Below, in pieces: positions 13,201 to 24,989 of a DNA stretch of 62,000 nt (position 1 is its first letter; every line of letters begins with the position of its first letter). Source of the stretch: Lytechinus pictus (Eukaryota). A program made the translations under genes and the position numbers. The stretch covers positions 992,001 through 1,054,000 of the forward strand of contig NC_087252.1 in NCBI RefSeq assembly GCF_037042905.1, written 5' to 3'. Below the pieces are notes generated by a model. The model searched no databases and was not told the DNA's origin. It saw nothing but the letters and a program-made list of their open reading frames with translations.

Positions 13201-16200
13201 TTGATGTAATAGATATCAATTTTGTGTCCTCATGTCTGGAAAAAATGACTTTTGGAAATAATTTCCAGACATGGATAAAAATATTGTACACAGATATTCG
13301 AAGCTCTAGTATTAGTAAATGGCTTGATATCAGAGCCCTGTTCAATGCAAAGGGGAATCAGACAAGGTTGTCCACTTTCAGCATTACTTTTTGTCCTTGC
13401 AGCAGGATTTATGTCTAAAAAAATAAGAAATAATGAATACATAAGAGGAATACCTGTTTTGAAACCAGAAGATAATTGTGAGGTTAAAGTACTACAATAT
13501 GCTGACGATACCCTGTTCTTTGTGTTAGATAAACGATTACTAGAATTGATAAATGAAGAACTTGAGTTATTTGGGAATGTAGCAGATCCAAAACTTGATA
13601 AAACTAAGACAGTAATTATGTGGGTGGGGAGAAGTAACTCCAAATGGTCACTCAATGATATTGGTTTATCATGGACAGATATTCCTACAAAATTCTTAGG
13701 GTCTTACATCTCACCTGATATAGAAAAAGCACATAAAATGAACTGGGAAAATAAACTAACGAAATTGCAAAGATTATTAGATAATTAGAGAAAAAGAAAG
13801 CTTACTCTTTTTGGAAAAGTAACCATTGTCAAAACTCTAGGTTTAAGTCAGTTAGTACATATTCTCATGGTTGATATTATTCCTGAGAAAATGTTAAAAG
13901 ACTGAATTCTTTAATGTATACTTTTATTTGGCAAACAAAGATTGAAAAAGTGAAAAGAACTATAATGACCAACAAACTGGACAATGGAGGGGTCAACATG
14001 ATTGATCTTTATACCCAAAAGTTGAGCTTTCGACTAAAATGGCTGGGGCGCACTCTTGCGTCTATTAAAGGAATGTGGTGTAAATTCAGCCTTTATTGGT
14101 TTAATATTTTAGGTGTTTTGAAACTACTCCTTAATTCAGACTTTGATGCTTGGAATATAAAACATATATGCAAGCACCATCTTCCAGTCTTTTACATTGA
14201 AATATTACAGGCCTGGTTAAAGATAAAGAATAATGCTTGTTTGAAATATCACCCGAAAGTACATGGTGTACAATACGAAATTTTGTGGCACAATAAAAAT
14301 GTAACCTTTCGCAGCATCACCCTATTTTTTGAAGGATGGTATGAATCTGGGATAGTATTTTAAAAAGATATTCTCAGGAATAGAAATTTCTTACCTACAA
14401 TGGAGATTAATTCCCTTCTTAAATCGCAGAAGAGTAAGCAAAGATTGATATTTGACTACACTTTATTACGTCAGGCTATCCCTCAAATTTGGATAAATGA
14501 TATTACAACACATTGTACCAACCGCAATAATAAACCTTCATTAGAGTTTCCCAAAATAGATGTAGGGACAAAAAATCAAATAAAAAATATTCATGATATT
14601 TCAAGTAAACAATTTTATAGACTATTATCCTTAGATTTATCGAGCACTAACAGATAATATGGTCACCATTAGATTGGACAAAAACCTTTAAAAGAAATTT
14701 GTGTCACTGTAAAGAAAATAAACTGAAAGAATTCAATTTTAAGGTTATATATAATTTATCGCCAGTAAGAAAGAATTTGTTTAAATGGAATGCTGTAACA
14801 GATGGGAGATGCCCGCATTGTTACGTGGACGAAGATAATGTACATGCTTTCCTTGAGCGTAAGCTAAATAAGAGATTCTTTTCTTATTTAATGTCGACCT
14901 TCAAATAACAGAATTGCATTTACTTAAGGCTCACAAAGAAACCGGACTTGATTCTTTTCTTACAATTGCTTTTTGGTGCATTTATAAATGTATACTTATA
15001 AGAAACAAAACAGGAAGATTGTCGAGAACTAAATTTTGAATATTTGCTTGAAAAAAAAAATGTAAACATGTGATGTGATTTTGAATGTTCAATTATGTAT
15101 ATAATAAATGCCCATGGTGGGTTTTAAAAAAAAAATGAGCACTTAATTTTTTTAAAAGAATTTTGTCTAATTTGCAAAAAACGCAATAACTATTTCGCCT
15201 TGCCAACTTAGTCTATATGGTTGGATGAACTATTTATAAACCCAATTTTCATTGTAGACCTGAAATAGTTATATGAGTGAAGAAAGACGTAAATCATGAA
15301 GAACACATGGATTTTAGCTAGGGATATTGATTTTAGGATATCCTTTACCTTTTTGAATTGCTTCCTTGCCCAAAACAAACTTAATAGAGCCCCCCCCCCC
15401 TCCCCACACACTGAGGCCAACGTGATGATATCTGCTTTAAACGGAGCTGTGGTTCAAATGAAATGGGTGAGGCTTGATTTTCCTTCTGCTAATCTTTTTC
15501 AAGCTTGGGAAAAATGTGGATAGACAAGTAAAAAATGAAATGTGAAATGTTAACCAACTTTAAATGATAAAACCTCAGTAACAAATGGCGGAGGTGACTG
15601 AAATAAACTTATGTTTACATTCAGTTATGCCCTCAGATCCAGCTGGCACAAAAAGGTAAAGGTTGTGCTAACCTAGAGTTCAAGTGTTAATTTGGGCAGC
15701 AAAGTTGTTACAAAATGTTTAAATGCATCTGTTTGATTTCAGTTGGCTAAAATGCAAAAGAAATGTATGATCGATGTACCGCACGGTAAGTTTGTATTAG
15801 CATTTTTCCTTGGCACAGCGTGGAATAGAGTATTTCTGCGAGTTTTACAAATTAAAATGGACAGTGCTCACTCAAGTGTAACATTCTGTCAAAATTGTTA
15901 CTTTTATTTGATAGATGAGACCCAAACCCAAGAATACATGAGAAAAAAATATCAAAATGTTGTATAATTTTCAATTCCCAGGACGTTTGAAAGTGTAACT
16001 ATTTATTGATATGCACTGTGTGTTTATACGTATATACATATATTTATATATATATATATAAGATTTACCATGATCTGGATCCATTACTTGAGAGAATTCA
16101 GCTAACCCTGTTTTAATTGTTTACCAATATGGCACAAAATGCTTTGTTAGGAAGCCAAATCAAAAGAAGTTTATTTACTTTATTAAAACCGGGTTGGTCG

Positions 16201-17790
16201 AATTTGCCTCTGCCATAAGAAATATTTCTTCACTTCAGGTACCGGCTACAGCTTGGTGGCGTTTCCTGCTCATGCATTCCCGGTTCAGTACTTCCCAGAT
16301 AAATTCGAATTAGCTTCCAGCATCATCGCGACAGCTGGAGGTCTCGGCATGATGGTGCTCCCTGTCATAGCGGAGCAATTTAATCGCATCTATGGTTGGC
16401 GGCAAGCCATGTTACTTCTTGGTGCTGTCAGCCTACACAACATCCCCATCGGCGCGTTGGTGAAGACAAAGGAAAGTACTTCCGGGGCAAGGACACCGTC
16501 ACCGAATGATGATGATGTGGTGCACCATGGAAATGAATATTGTTCTACAAGTGTCTCGGAACCACTTTTAAAGTCAACGTCAGTCGACTGTCAAGCTGAA
16601 ACATCATGTGGTGAGTCATCGAGCGGCTGTAGAAGAGATGATTATGATGGAGATAATCACTTGAATGCACTAAGTAACACCAAACCGAATACACAGTCAA
16701 AGGATACTTCAAACCATCTCCTTAAATATAATAACTCTAAGACATCGAATGTGATTTCCAATTCAAAGACAATTGTCACCGAAAAAGAGACGGGTAGTGT
16801 CAACAACAGCTTACAAGAATCACTCTGGCAATCGTTGAAAATTCTTACAGGATTTGACCTGGTGGAAAAGAAGCCAGATGTTTTGAGTAGTATATTCGCC
16901 ATACTTACGCTAGGCATGTCTTACAGTGGTTGGATTATATTTGTCGTGCCAAACGGCATCGCCAAAGGATATCCACTGGAAACGTCGATACTTCTTGCAG
17001 CAGTCGGGGGAGGATCCAATATTTTTGGACGTTTCATCATAGGGTTCGTAAGCAAATGGCAACTTTTCTCAAATCAAACGCTATTTGTTATGTTATGCGT
17101 TGTGTGTTCCGTAGCATACGCAATGAACATCTTATCAACTCATTTTTGGACCTTGTGCGTTCTGGCGGTCATAAATGGAAGCACATTAGGTGCTATGACA
17201 ACAATGCTATCATTTCTTGCCAGGGATGTAGCACCTGACGGGGACGTAGAGGGCGTGATATCTCTGTTTCTTGTTGCTCTAGGAGGAGGTCTTCCTCTCG
17301 GTGGCTATGCTGTTGGTAAGATACTCGGACCCCCTTCTCATAATTCATTTAAATGCAAATATTAATTATGTGTGTGGGTGGGTGATGAGAGCGAGCGCGT
17401 GCTTGTGTAGGTGTGGGGGTGGTAATGTTTTACATTCGTCCATTTCAAAGAAAAGGAACTCTGGTGCTCTGTTCCGATCTCATAACATAACATCTCTGCT
17501 CCTGATTACAACTACCAAATTTGATTACTGTCTGGCAAAAAAATGTATCTAAAGCAAAAAGTTTTAACAGATAATCATCATCTACCGTTATTTTTTGCTA
17601 AATCATTTTACCTCGTTTTGGTATCATGTTTTCAGGTTGGCTATTTGACAGATCCAAGTCCTATGACGTGCCTTTCATGTTTCTTGGGTCGGTCGGCCTT
17701 GTCTCAGCCTTTTTTATCATCATCCCAAGCATCCCCAATACGTGCTGTTGTGTCTACCAGTCAATCTGTAACGCCGTCTTCACGAAATGA
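981..17790 (+). CDS. Monocarboxylate transporter-like (SLC16/MCT family, MFS) gene, join(981..1176,10720..10860,16239..17315,17636..17790), ~522 aa
   Basis: Four exons with GT-AG boundaries, all introns phase 1, total 1569 nt in one open frame. MCT-like motifs: EVGVLKSYGVF, QYFPDKFELASSI, YGWRQAMLLLG, large central loop, NIFGR, GWLFDRSKSYDVPF. The exact SLC16 member cannot be assigned. Confidence 0.9.
1190..1640. repeat. (GAT)n/(GGT)n compound microsatellite
   Basis: Trinucleotide repeats seen directly at the start of intron 1. Confidence 0.95.
1700..2077. mobile_element. Fold-back MITE with internal ~20-bp AGACGAAATGG-type subrepeats
   Basis: Left arm (aattgccaactc...ctcaccacatggtctactttcattta) is the inverse of the right arm (taaatgaaggtagaccatgtggtgag...ggcaattt). 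Confidence 0.7.
3152..5591 (+). mobile_element. Non-autonomous Helentron-type element (HINE/DINE-1-like) with internal ~150-190-bp tandem repeats
   Basis: Sub-terminal IR GTCTCACCTGCAT (3155-3167) / ATGCAGGTGAGAC (5557-5569), 5' hairpin gtctcac..gtgagac, (CGG)n, tandem core repeats, T-rich insertion site. Confidence 0.75.
3345..4686 (-). mobile_element. Internally deleted CR1/L2-group LINE derivative inserted in the HINE
   Basis: (GAAT)n tail at 3345-3365; 3' stem-loop resembles that of the LINE at ~41855-41905; ORF 3644..4102 resembles the pre-endonuclease region (CNIFPFLALDDNDF..SKYY); interrupts a HINE unit at gagtttca|tgtcacatg. Confidence 0.6.
5978..6462. mobile_element. Harbinger-like MITE (…GTGTGAAAGGGC end), interrupted by a CAC-type MITE; relative at 28811-29310
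   Basis: Colinear similarity with 28850-29310, which lacks the 6178-6416 insert. Confidence 0.65.
6178..6416 (+). mobile_element. CAC-terminated (EnSpm/CMC-like) MITE, 2-bp TG TSD
   Basis: TIR cacagcaaaaactgtggtgttaa / ttaacaccacagtttttacagtg, TG on both sides; near-identical inverted copy at 6845-7081. Confidence 0.8.
6622..7114. mobile_element. CACTGCAAAAA-type MITE (TA TSD) containing a nested MITE
   Basis: TIR cactgcaaaaa / tttttgcagtg; uninterrupted relative at 45770-46002. Confidence 0.8.
6845..7081 (-). mobile_element. Second copy of the 6178-6416 MITE, nested, TG TSD
   Basis: Reverse complement of 6178-6416, flanked by TG. Confidence 0.8.
7405..7542. mobile_element. Short MITE with 19-bp TIR TAGTCTAGATCCGGACGTT
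   Basis: Perfect inverted repeat 7405-7423 / 7524-7542. Confidence 0.65.
7580..8030. repeat. Purine-rich low-complexity region with (GA)n and G runs
   Basis: Seen directly. Confidence 0.8.
8880..10270. repeat. (TCTA)n/(TC)n degenerate microsatellite field
   Basis: Seen directly. Confidence 0.8.
10720..10860 (+). CDS. MCT-like transporter exon 2
   Basis: Acceptor tctttcag, APVSRFLMKHFSTRQVFITGAII..., donor CAG|GTAACT. Confidence 0.88.
10906..11251. mobile_element. AGGGAGTT-terminated MITE-like repeat; relative at 43501-43820
   Basis: Shares the tagggagttt start and ttttcaaaggaatt.gtgcgtt.tag block with 43501-43820; degenerate IRs. Confidence 0.45.
11399..15132 (+). mobile_element. L1/Tx1-clade LINE, ORF2 only, frameshifted, in intron 2 of the MCT gene
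   Basis: APE motifs (SLNVRGL, LQET, NVYAP, GDWN, SRFDY, DH), RT motifs (KSPGLDG, WRPISLLNCDYK, DFSKAFD, RQGCPLS, YADD), CPHC zinc finger; AATAAA at 15103, polyA tail, TSD AAATGAGCACTT at 11387-11398 and 15133-15144. Confidence 0.92.
15145..16018 (-). mobile_element. Truncated, diverged copy of the Tc1/mariner-type non-autonomous element at 39080-40146
   Basis: Inverse similarity (cctcagatccagctggcacaaaaagg, cacacactgaggcc); ends gaaagtgtaac...gcactg. Confidence 0.7.
16239..17315 (+). CDS. MCT-like transporter exon 3
   Basis: Acceptor cacttcag, matches ORF 16253..17365 (TM segments plus hydrophilic loop), donor G|GTAAGA. Confidence 0.92.
17636..17790 (+). CDS. MCT-like transporter exon 4 (last TM, stop)
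   Basis: Acceptor ttttcag, GWLFDRSKSYDVPFMFLGSVGLVSAFFIII...FTK, TGA at 17788. Confidence 0.88.
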
Positions 17791-17879
17791 AATTCGGAAG
17801 GTTCCAACTGCTACAGCTTTTTCTGATACGACACTACAAAAACCATTGACTCTTTTTCCGTAAAATAATATCTACATGT

Positions 17880-17900
17880 ATACTACCCCTACTACTACTA

Positions 17901-17947
<47 letters not shown>

Positions 17948-18085
17948 ACTACTACCTCTACTACTGCTACTACTACTAATACTACCACCACCACCACCAC
18001 TACTACTACTACTACTACAACTACAACTACAACTACTACTACTACTACTTCAACTACTTCTACTACTACTAATACTCCTACTGTC
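17880..18085. repeat. (CTA)n/(CTG)n microsatellite
   Basis: Seen directly. Confidence 0.95.
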
Positions 18086-18254
18086 ACGTGGCGAGTGATT
18101 TTTTTTATTATTTACCTACTGCTGCTTGACACAAAATAAGGAATACGTAAAACTGATGAATACGGTTATCAAAATATTGAATCAAATCTCTTAAATCATT
18201 ATTTTGTTTCCTTTTGATTTGTTTTACAATAATTGTACATGAAAATATACAAAT

Positions 18255-18440
18255 TGCTTATATAGCGCTCAACATCAAAAGTCTCTAAGCGCTCTTCATA
18301 TGCAGCGGAACTACCCTGGCTTTAGCAGAGCAGCGGTTACGTGTTCAGCGTTTTTAGGAATAAATTCCTGCCAGCTAGGTTACCTCACCCATTTACCTCA
18401 CCTGGGTTGAGTGCAGCACACTGTGGATCAATTTCTTGCT
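18255..18440 (-). mobile_element. Head-less copy of the tRNA-derived SINE family
   Basis: Shared core cctcacctgggttgagtgcagcaca. Confidence 0.7.
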
Positions 18441-18589
18441 AACACAAAAACTGCATTTATACCAGCTACAGTCATTCTCACTTTTGGACATGGTAGATGT
18501 ACTATACAAGTGCTTCATGGACCCTCCAGGACATTTTATACTTTGGCCGAGTCAATGAATAAGATGTAGGCCTAGTCTAAGTAAAACTC

Positions 18590-21500
18590 GTTTGTGTGAG
18601 TGTGTGAGTGGGGAGGGTTGTGAGGGTGTGTGTGTGTGTGTGCGTGGCTCACATATATGTCATGAATTTTGTTTTCTATTATTTGTTAATTTCATGTTTA
18701 TGTTCTTTCCATGTCTCATCTGGTTTTGAATATGTTACTATCAAATCGTTTAAGCGCGTAAAATACTTTCGCTCCCGGATTTTATATTATCATAATTCCG
18801 TGGCCATCTTTCAAACAACAATATACCAGGCACATAATCAAGTCTTTTTTCGTCTTTTATTGTCTGGCGACGTTGAAACAAATCCCGGTCCGAACTATAA
18901 ATTCCCTTGTGGTCATTGCAAGAAACCCGTTAAAAATAACCAAAATGGACTGTTGTGTACCACTTGTCAAAAGTGGTATCACACTAAATGTCTTGAGATC
19001 TCTTTAAAGGAATATACTAGGCTGTATCAAAACCCAAATGAGAATTGGATATGTTTAACCTGTTCATTGCCGCCATTTTGTGACTCCATTTTTACACAAT
19101 CCTTGATTGATGTTCAACCCACCTCAACAGTTAATGCACCTCCTATCCCTGAATTTAACACACCTAGTGGAATTGATAAGGCTGTTTTATGCAAATCATT
19201 TAATGATATATTTAAAGCAAAAGGGTTGCATTTCGTTCATTTAAATATCAGATCCATTTTATATAAAATTCCTGAACTACGCGTCCTTCTCTGCGAAAGT
19301 AGAATTTCAGTAATTGCAATTACTGAAACATGGTTGAATTCGTCCATAAATGATGAAGAAATTTATATCGATGGTTATTCTATATTAAGACGAGATCGTG
19401 CAGGCGACCATGGTGGTGGGGTCTGCCTTTATATTAGAAATGATATTGCATTTAATCTAAGAGAAGATCTTACACCTGATGGTATTGAATCATTGTGGAT
19501 CGACATTCTATTACCACATACAAAGCCTATTACTTTAGGTGTAGTCTACAGACCCCCGAGAGACAATCACTTTATTGATTCTCTCCCAGATATATTGGAC
19601 ATATTAACAAAAGATGATGAGGTTATACTTTTAGGGGACATGAATATTTGTCTATTACAACAAGCGGCACTGACCAAAAGATACAAGAATATTTTGAATT
19701 TATATGGTTTGAGCCAACTTATAACAAAACCCACCCGAACTACACCTACCACTTCTTCATTAATAGACCATGTAATTTGTAGTAAAGAAGAAAATATTTG
19801 TCAAAGTGGTGTTTTTGAAATTGGCTTAAGTGATCACTATTTAACGTATTGTTCAAGGAAACTTATCAGGCCTGTATTCGGGCAGCATAGAACTATAAGC
19901 ATTCGATGTATGAAAAACTATTGTGAAAATGATTTTAATTTCGTTTTATCTCAAATCAATTGGTCTGTTATATTTGAATGTAATGAAGTAAATATTGCTT
20001 GGTCACACTTCAAAAGTATTTTCATGTCAGTAGTTGATAAGTGTGCACCTCTAAAACAAGTAAGAATTAAGCAAAGAACAGAAAGATGGATGAACAGTGA
20101 AATTATTGGTTTGATAAGACAACGAAATATAGCTTTCAGGAAAATGAAAAAGGATATTGGTAATTTAGAACTCGAAAGGAAATTTAAACTATTGAGAAAT
20201 GTGGTACAAAGGAAAGTGAGGAAAGCTAAAGACGAATTTTTCCAAAATCAAATTGAAGACAATAAACATGATTCTAGGAAATTATGGAAGAATCTCAAAG
20301 AGTTTAAAAAACAAACAAAAAAATATTCAGAAAAGTGTTATTAATATTGAAGGGGAATTATGTCATGATAATCTAAAGATAGCCAACGAATTTAACAATT
20401 ATTTCACAACAGTGGCCGATAAATTAGCTTGTGAGCTCCCCATTACGGACAGAAGTGAGTTTGGGGCCGACAGTCCTAATTAAAAAAAAACTATACGACA
20501 ATAAAGGTATACAAAGAGGCTGTTTTAATTTTTCTCCTGTCACAGAAAAGTTTGTATTAGATGAATTATCCAAGTTGAAAATATCAAAAAGTACCGGACT
20601 TGACTTGGTTCCTGCTAGATTTTTAAAGGATGGTGCAAAAAATGTCTTTATACCTTTAACTTACATTATTAACCTATCTATTCAAATTGTACATTCCCTG
20701 ATGAAATGAACATCGCTAAAGTCACACCACTACACAAAAAGAAAGACAAAACTCACGTTGGGAATTATAGACCTATTAGTGTGTTAAGCATAGTGTCGAA
20801 AATTTTGGAGAAATGCGTGTATTCTCAAATTGAGAAATACTTTAAAGAATACAAAATCATATATGAATTTCAGTCTGGTTTTAGGAATGGTTATTCTACT
20901 GAAACATGTTTAATTCACTTGTTGGATTTTGTTAGGAATGAAATTTCCGAATGCCGTTATGTTGGGATGGTTCTTCTTGACTTACAAAAAGCATTCGATA
21001 TGGTTAATCATGAAATACTCTTAAAGAAATTAGAAGTGATGGGTTTGAATTTAGCATGCTTGAATTGGTTTAGGTCTTACTTGACCAATCGCCGTCAAGT
21101 GGTATCCATGCAAAATGTACTTTCATATTCTATGCCTATAAAGTGTGGAGTTCCACAGGGGAGCATATTAGGTCCAATTCTTTTTATGTGCTATATCAAC
21201 GATATGTGTATTTGTGTTAATGAAAGTAAATTACTTTTATATGCAGACGACAGTGTTTTACTCTACTCTGATACAAGTCCTAAGCTGATCGGTTAAAAAT
21301 TTAGTTTAGAATTATCAAATTGTGTTAAATGGATGACAGATAACAAGCTTAGCTTACATGTTGGTAAGACTGAAAGTATTTTGTTTTGTTCGCGGGGTAA
21401 GTCTAAGCATACAGATGATATCAATATATACTATAACAATCAATTAATTAAGAGACAGAATTCCGTGAAGTATTTAGGCCTGATATTAAATAGTGATCTC

Positions 21501-22681
21501 TCATGTACATCTATGGTTGACTCTATTGTCAAAAAAGCTAATGCTCGTTTGAAATTTCTATACCGGTACCAAAATTGCATGAATACGAAATCCAGACGCA
21601 TTTTAAGCTTTTCATTAATACAGTGTTTATTTGATTATGCTAATGCAGCATGGTACTGCAGTCTTGGAAAGGTTGATCAAAAAAAGTTTATAATTATTCA
21701 AAATAAGATTGTTAGATTTATTACTTGCTTACACCCAAGAACACATGTTGGGAAGAATGAAATCGAAAAAGCTGGCCTTCTTCGCATAGACTTGAGGTCG
21801 CAACAACTTATACTTCACCATGTTCATAAAATTTTCTATTCAAACGAATATCATTACATATCAAACAATTTTACACGGTCATCTAATATTCACGGGCATG
21901 AAACAAGAAGTAGTCTGTTTAACTTTGTTGTACCTATGAGAAAAGGTCAAATTGGTAATACATTTTATTATAAAGGTATACATTTTTGGAATTCCCTCCC
22001 TAATCATGTTAAATCGGTTAAGACTTTTACACAATTTAAAAGAGTATTGAAACAACACTTAAAAAATGTCTCCACTCTGTAATGTTAAATATTCTTTCTA
22101 ATTTCATGTGTATCGTGTATAGTCTTATATATAACTATTTAGTTATGATTTATTTAATCAACTTGTTTCACATTGTTTCATCATATTTTGTTGTTTGCGT
22201 GAAAGTTTGATGTCAAACTTATTGTACTTTTTCATATCTTAGGTTTTAAGATTCATGAATCTTGTTTTAGTTACGATGCATTTAGCGCTACTTAAAAACT
22301 GATTATTAGTGTAATTCTCATGTGTAACTTAGAAGTAATGATCGTTTACTCAACCTGTTTTACAATTATTTTAATCATATTTTGTTGACTGCGTAAGTGT
22401 TTTTCATGGCAAACTTATTTGTTTTTGTCTTTTTATATATTAAGTTTTACAATTCATCGTGTAAATTTGGTGGTCTAGACTTAATTGATGTAGTTTGTAG
22501 ATTTCTATAGGTGTTTTTTCATAGATGTACATTGTCTTCAATTACTGATGTAAGGACCCCATTGGAAATAAGCCATCTCGGCTTTCATGGGTAATCCTGT
22601 CAAGGTATACACTTCTGTTTATAATTTCCTTGTACTTGTAACATAGTTACCTGACAAATAAAATCAATCAATCAATCAATC
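18590..22681 (+). mobile_element. Near full-length CR1/L2-group LINE encoding leader - 2A peptide - PHD - APE endonuclease - RT (3 frameshifts, 1 in-frame stop)
   Basis: ATG at 18662; LLLSGDVETNPGP at 18854-18892; C4HC3 PHD; APE (HLNIRS, ITETWL, YRPP, GDMN, SDH); RT ([28 protein letters not shown]); AATAAA followed by (AATC)n tail. The 5' boundary is uncertain. Confidence 0.9.
18851..18892 (+). other. 2A-like ribosomal skipping (StopGo) motif RLLLSGDVETNPG|P
   Basis: Exact match to the D(V/I)ExNPGP consensus, in frame with the downstream PHD-APE. Confidence 0.9.
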
Positions 22682-23063
22682 ATAACAAAATATAACTTAA
22701 CTTAACAATAATTGTCGACTCGATCCCCCATCATCTCATCTGGCCTGACATGCCCCACTCGGCCCTGGTGGTCGGTCCAGTTTCTGGCCTCTGCAGCTTG
22801 CGATGTCTCTTCCACTCGGCCTCGGCCTCCGCAGACAGTGTTGCCTCTTGATGAGTAGCCCCCAGATCAGAGAGATGTGGCTTCAACGAATTAGTGGACG
22901 AGATCGAGCCCCAATGATGACATGAATTTTGACGAATCATGTCGGTGGAGCACCGGCGCGCGGCGGCAGCTGGGGTCGTTATCTCGTCACCGACGTAGTC
23001 CCTCAGGTTTAACTTCGACTGCCTATACATACATACATCTGTGGTCTATTCTAGCTTAGGTGG

Positions 23064-24749
23064 TGTTACGATACTGCAACAAATAGCAATGAAATATTTT
23101 TGAGTGTTGAAGTTGAATTTCCTTTTTTTTATTACAGGAAATTAATTATACATTTACAAATCATAAATTGAAAATGGTCTTACGTCTCTTGATTGCTCTC
23201 GAGATTGCGATAATAATCCAAATGATAGTATCCAGATAAAAGTTCACAATGATGGCGATGATGAAACTGATGTTGAAGCACGATGAATAACAAGAGTCAC
23301 TGTAACGAGTTGAAATATCCGTGAAGACGATGTTGATGATGATTAACAGTCAATTTCAGCAATCCATGGGTTGAACATGTTGAAGAGTGTTCATTGAACA
23401 GGTTGATGATGTTGATGATCTCGATGAGAACTGAGAATTCCTCTCTCAAAATAACTGCAAACAGTTCATTGATGGCGGGCAAATAATTCCACAAAAGATA
23501 AATATTCCAGGTGGAAATAAACTCTGCTCTGACATAAAGTCTGACGTGAAACTCTTAGTTCTGATCTGATGTTTCTGTTTGTTTCTATTTGTGGTAACTC
23601 CCGTAGGAACTCGGCAGGACAGCATTGTTTGCTGGTAAACGCCAAGCTGGTATATAACCAATTACCATGGAAACATTTTACGTCTAGGTTAATCAGTCAT
23701 AGTGGCTGACGTAATAGACGACAGATATTACTCTTGGGCCTTTTTATCAAAGTGGAGACAATGGCAGAGTTGGGATTCGAACTCACCACCTTGCGATTAT
23801 GAGTCCAATGCTCTAACCACTGGACCACACGACCCGTTGTGATGAAGTGATCTGATGTGATAAGGTGATCTGATCTGATATGATGAAGTCCTTGAAGAAA
23901 CTGCAGTTTATATATACACATTTCAACTATTCTAGAGACTTCTAGTATTCACTATTATTTAGAACATTCTCCTTCTTCCTGGAGCATTCTACATTTCTAA
24001 AACATTCTTGAATGACCTGAGTGAAATCAACGACATGTCAACAAAATAGCTAAGCCTATTGTTCATTTCCACTTCCAATACAAATGTATTCAAACATCCT
24101 ATTGTTCGCTTTTCCCTATTCAAAAATAAAACTCCTTGGCCTTTAAATAGGCAAGAGGCCTGCAGAACAAAAGCTTTTCCAAACATGTTCTCGAATGTTC
24201 TTTATCATTCTTGGCTATGGATATCCTTAAAGAGGAAATAACTAAATAAATTAATGTAATTGCTCTTACAATTCTTATATATAACAGTGTTTCTTTCTGA
24301 ATTACTGAAATTAACCTCCTAATATACCCTACCGTTATTAGGACTAACTGTAAAATTTCTATAAAGTAATTCAAATAATTTCAATAACAGATGAGTGCAT
24401 AAAGCAACACATTCTATTAATAAAAGACACTTCCTGTGCATCTGTACACCTACATTCATCAATGCTAGAGCACTTTTGGCTATTCATGACACCTGTATAT
24501 GAAAATGCTTCACCTAATACGAAATGATTCTAACGCTTGAACAAAATATGGCATCAACCTGATCTTGTACTCTAAGGGGGGGGGGGGGGGGGTATCAAAC
24601 GTTTCCAACGCTTGCTTTTGAAATATTCAAAACATATGTACATGCTTGTCTACAGGCCTATCCTAACCTGGACCAAGTAAATATTTTAAACACATGTTTG
24701 AACTCTAACTGAAACACATGTATAAAAACATTACATTTCTTTCCTGACA
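23064..24749 (-). mobile_element. Possible solo LTR
   Basis: Minus strand starts TGTCAGG and ends CGTAACA; internal TATATATAAA and GAA/TTC-rich array; no TSD found. Confidence 0.35.
23700..23835 (-). mobile_element. tRNA-derived SINE head (second family; CAT anticodon-like loop)
   Basis: Minus strand has A box TGGTCCAGTGG, ggactCATaatc and B box AGTTCGAATCC; stems imperfect. Confidence 0.6.
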
Positions 24750-24750
24750 C

Positions 24751-24757
24751 CTACTAT

Positions 24758-24832
<75 letters not shown>

Positions 24833-24905
24833 GTACTACTACTTCTACTACCACTACTACTACGTACTAATTCTAATACTACTGCTATTGCTACTGCTAC
24901 TACTG

Positions 24906-24944
<39 letters not shown>

Positions 24945-24947
24945 TTT

Positions 24948-24989
<42 letters not shown>

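Noticed and set aside
17872..18139. Poly-Thr/Ala and poly-Val ORFs
   Set aside because: (CTA)/(CTG) microsatellite.
22731..23030. 99-aa minus-strand ORF in a GC-richer patch
   Set aside because: No recognisable domain or splice context; possibly a TE remnant, but unsupported.
23762..23835. tRNA-Met gene
   Set aside because: Anticodon and acceptor stems do not pair properly and the sequence continues into a SINE-like body; tRNAscan-SE would settle it.
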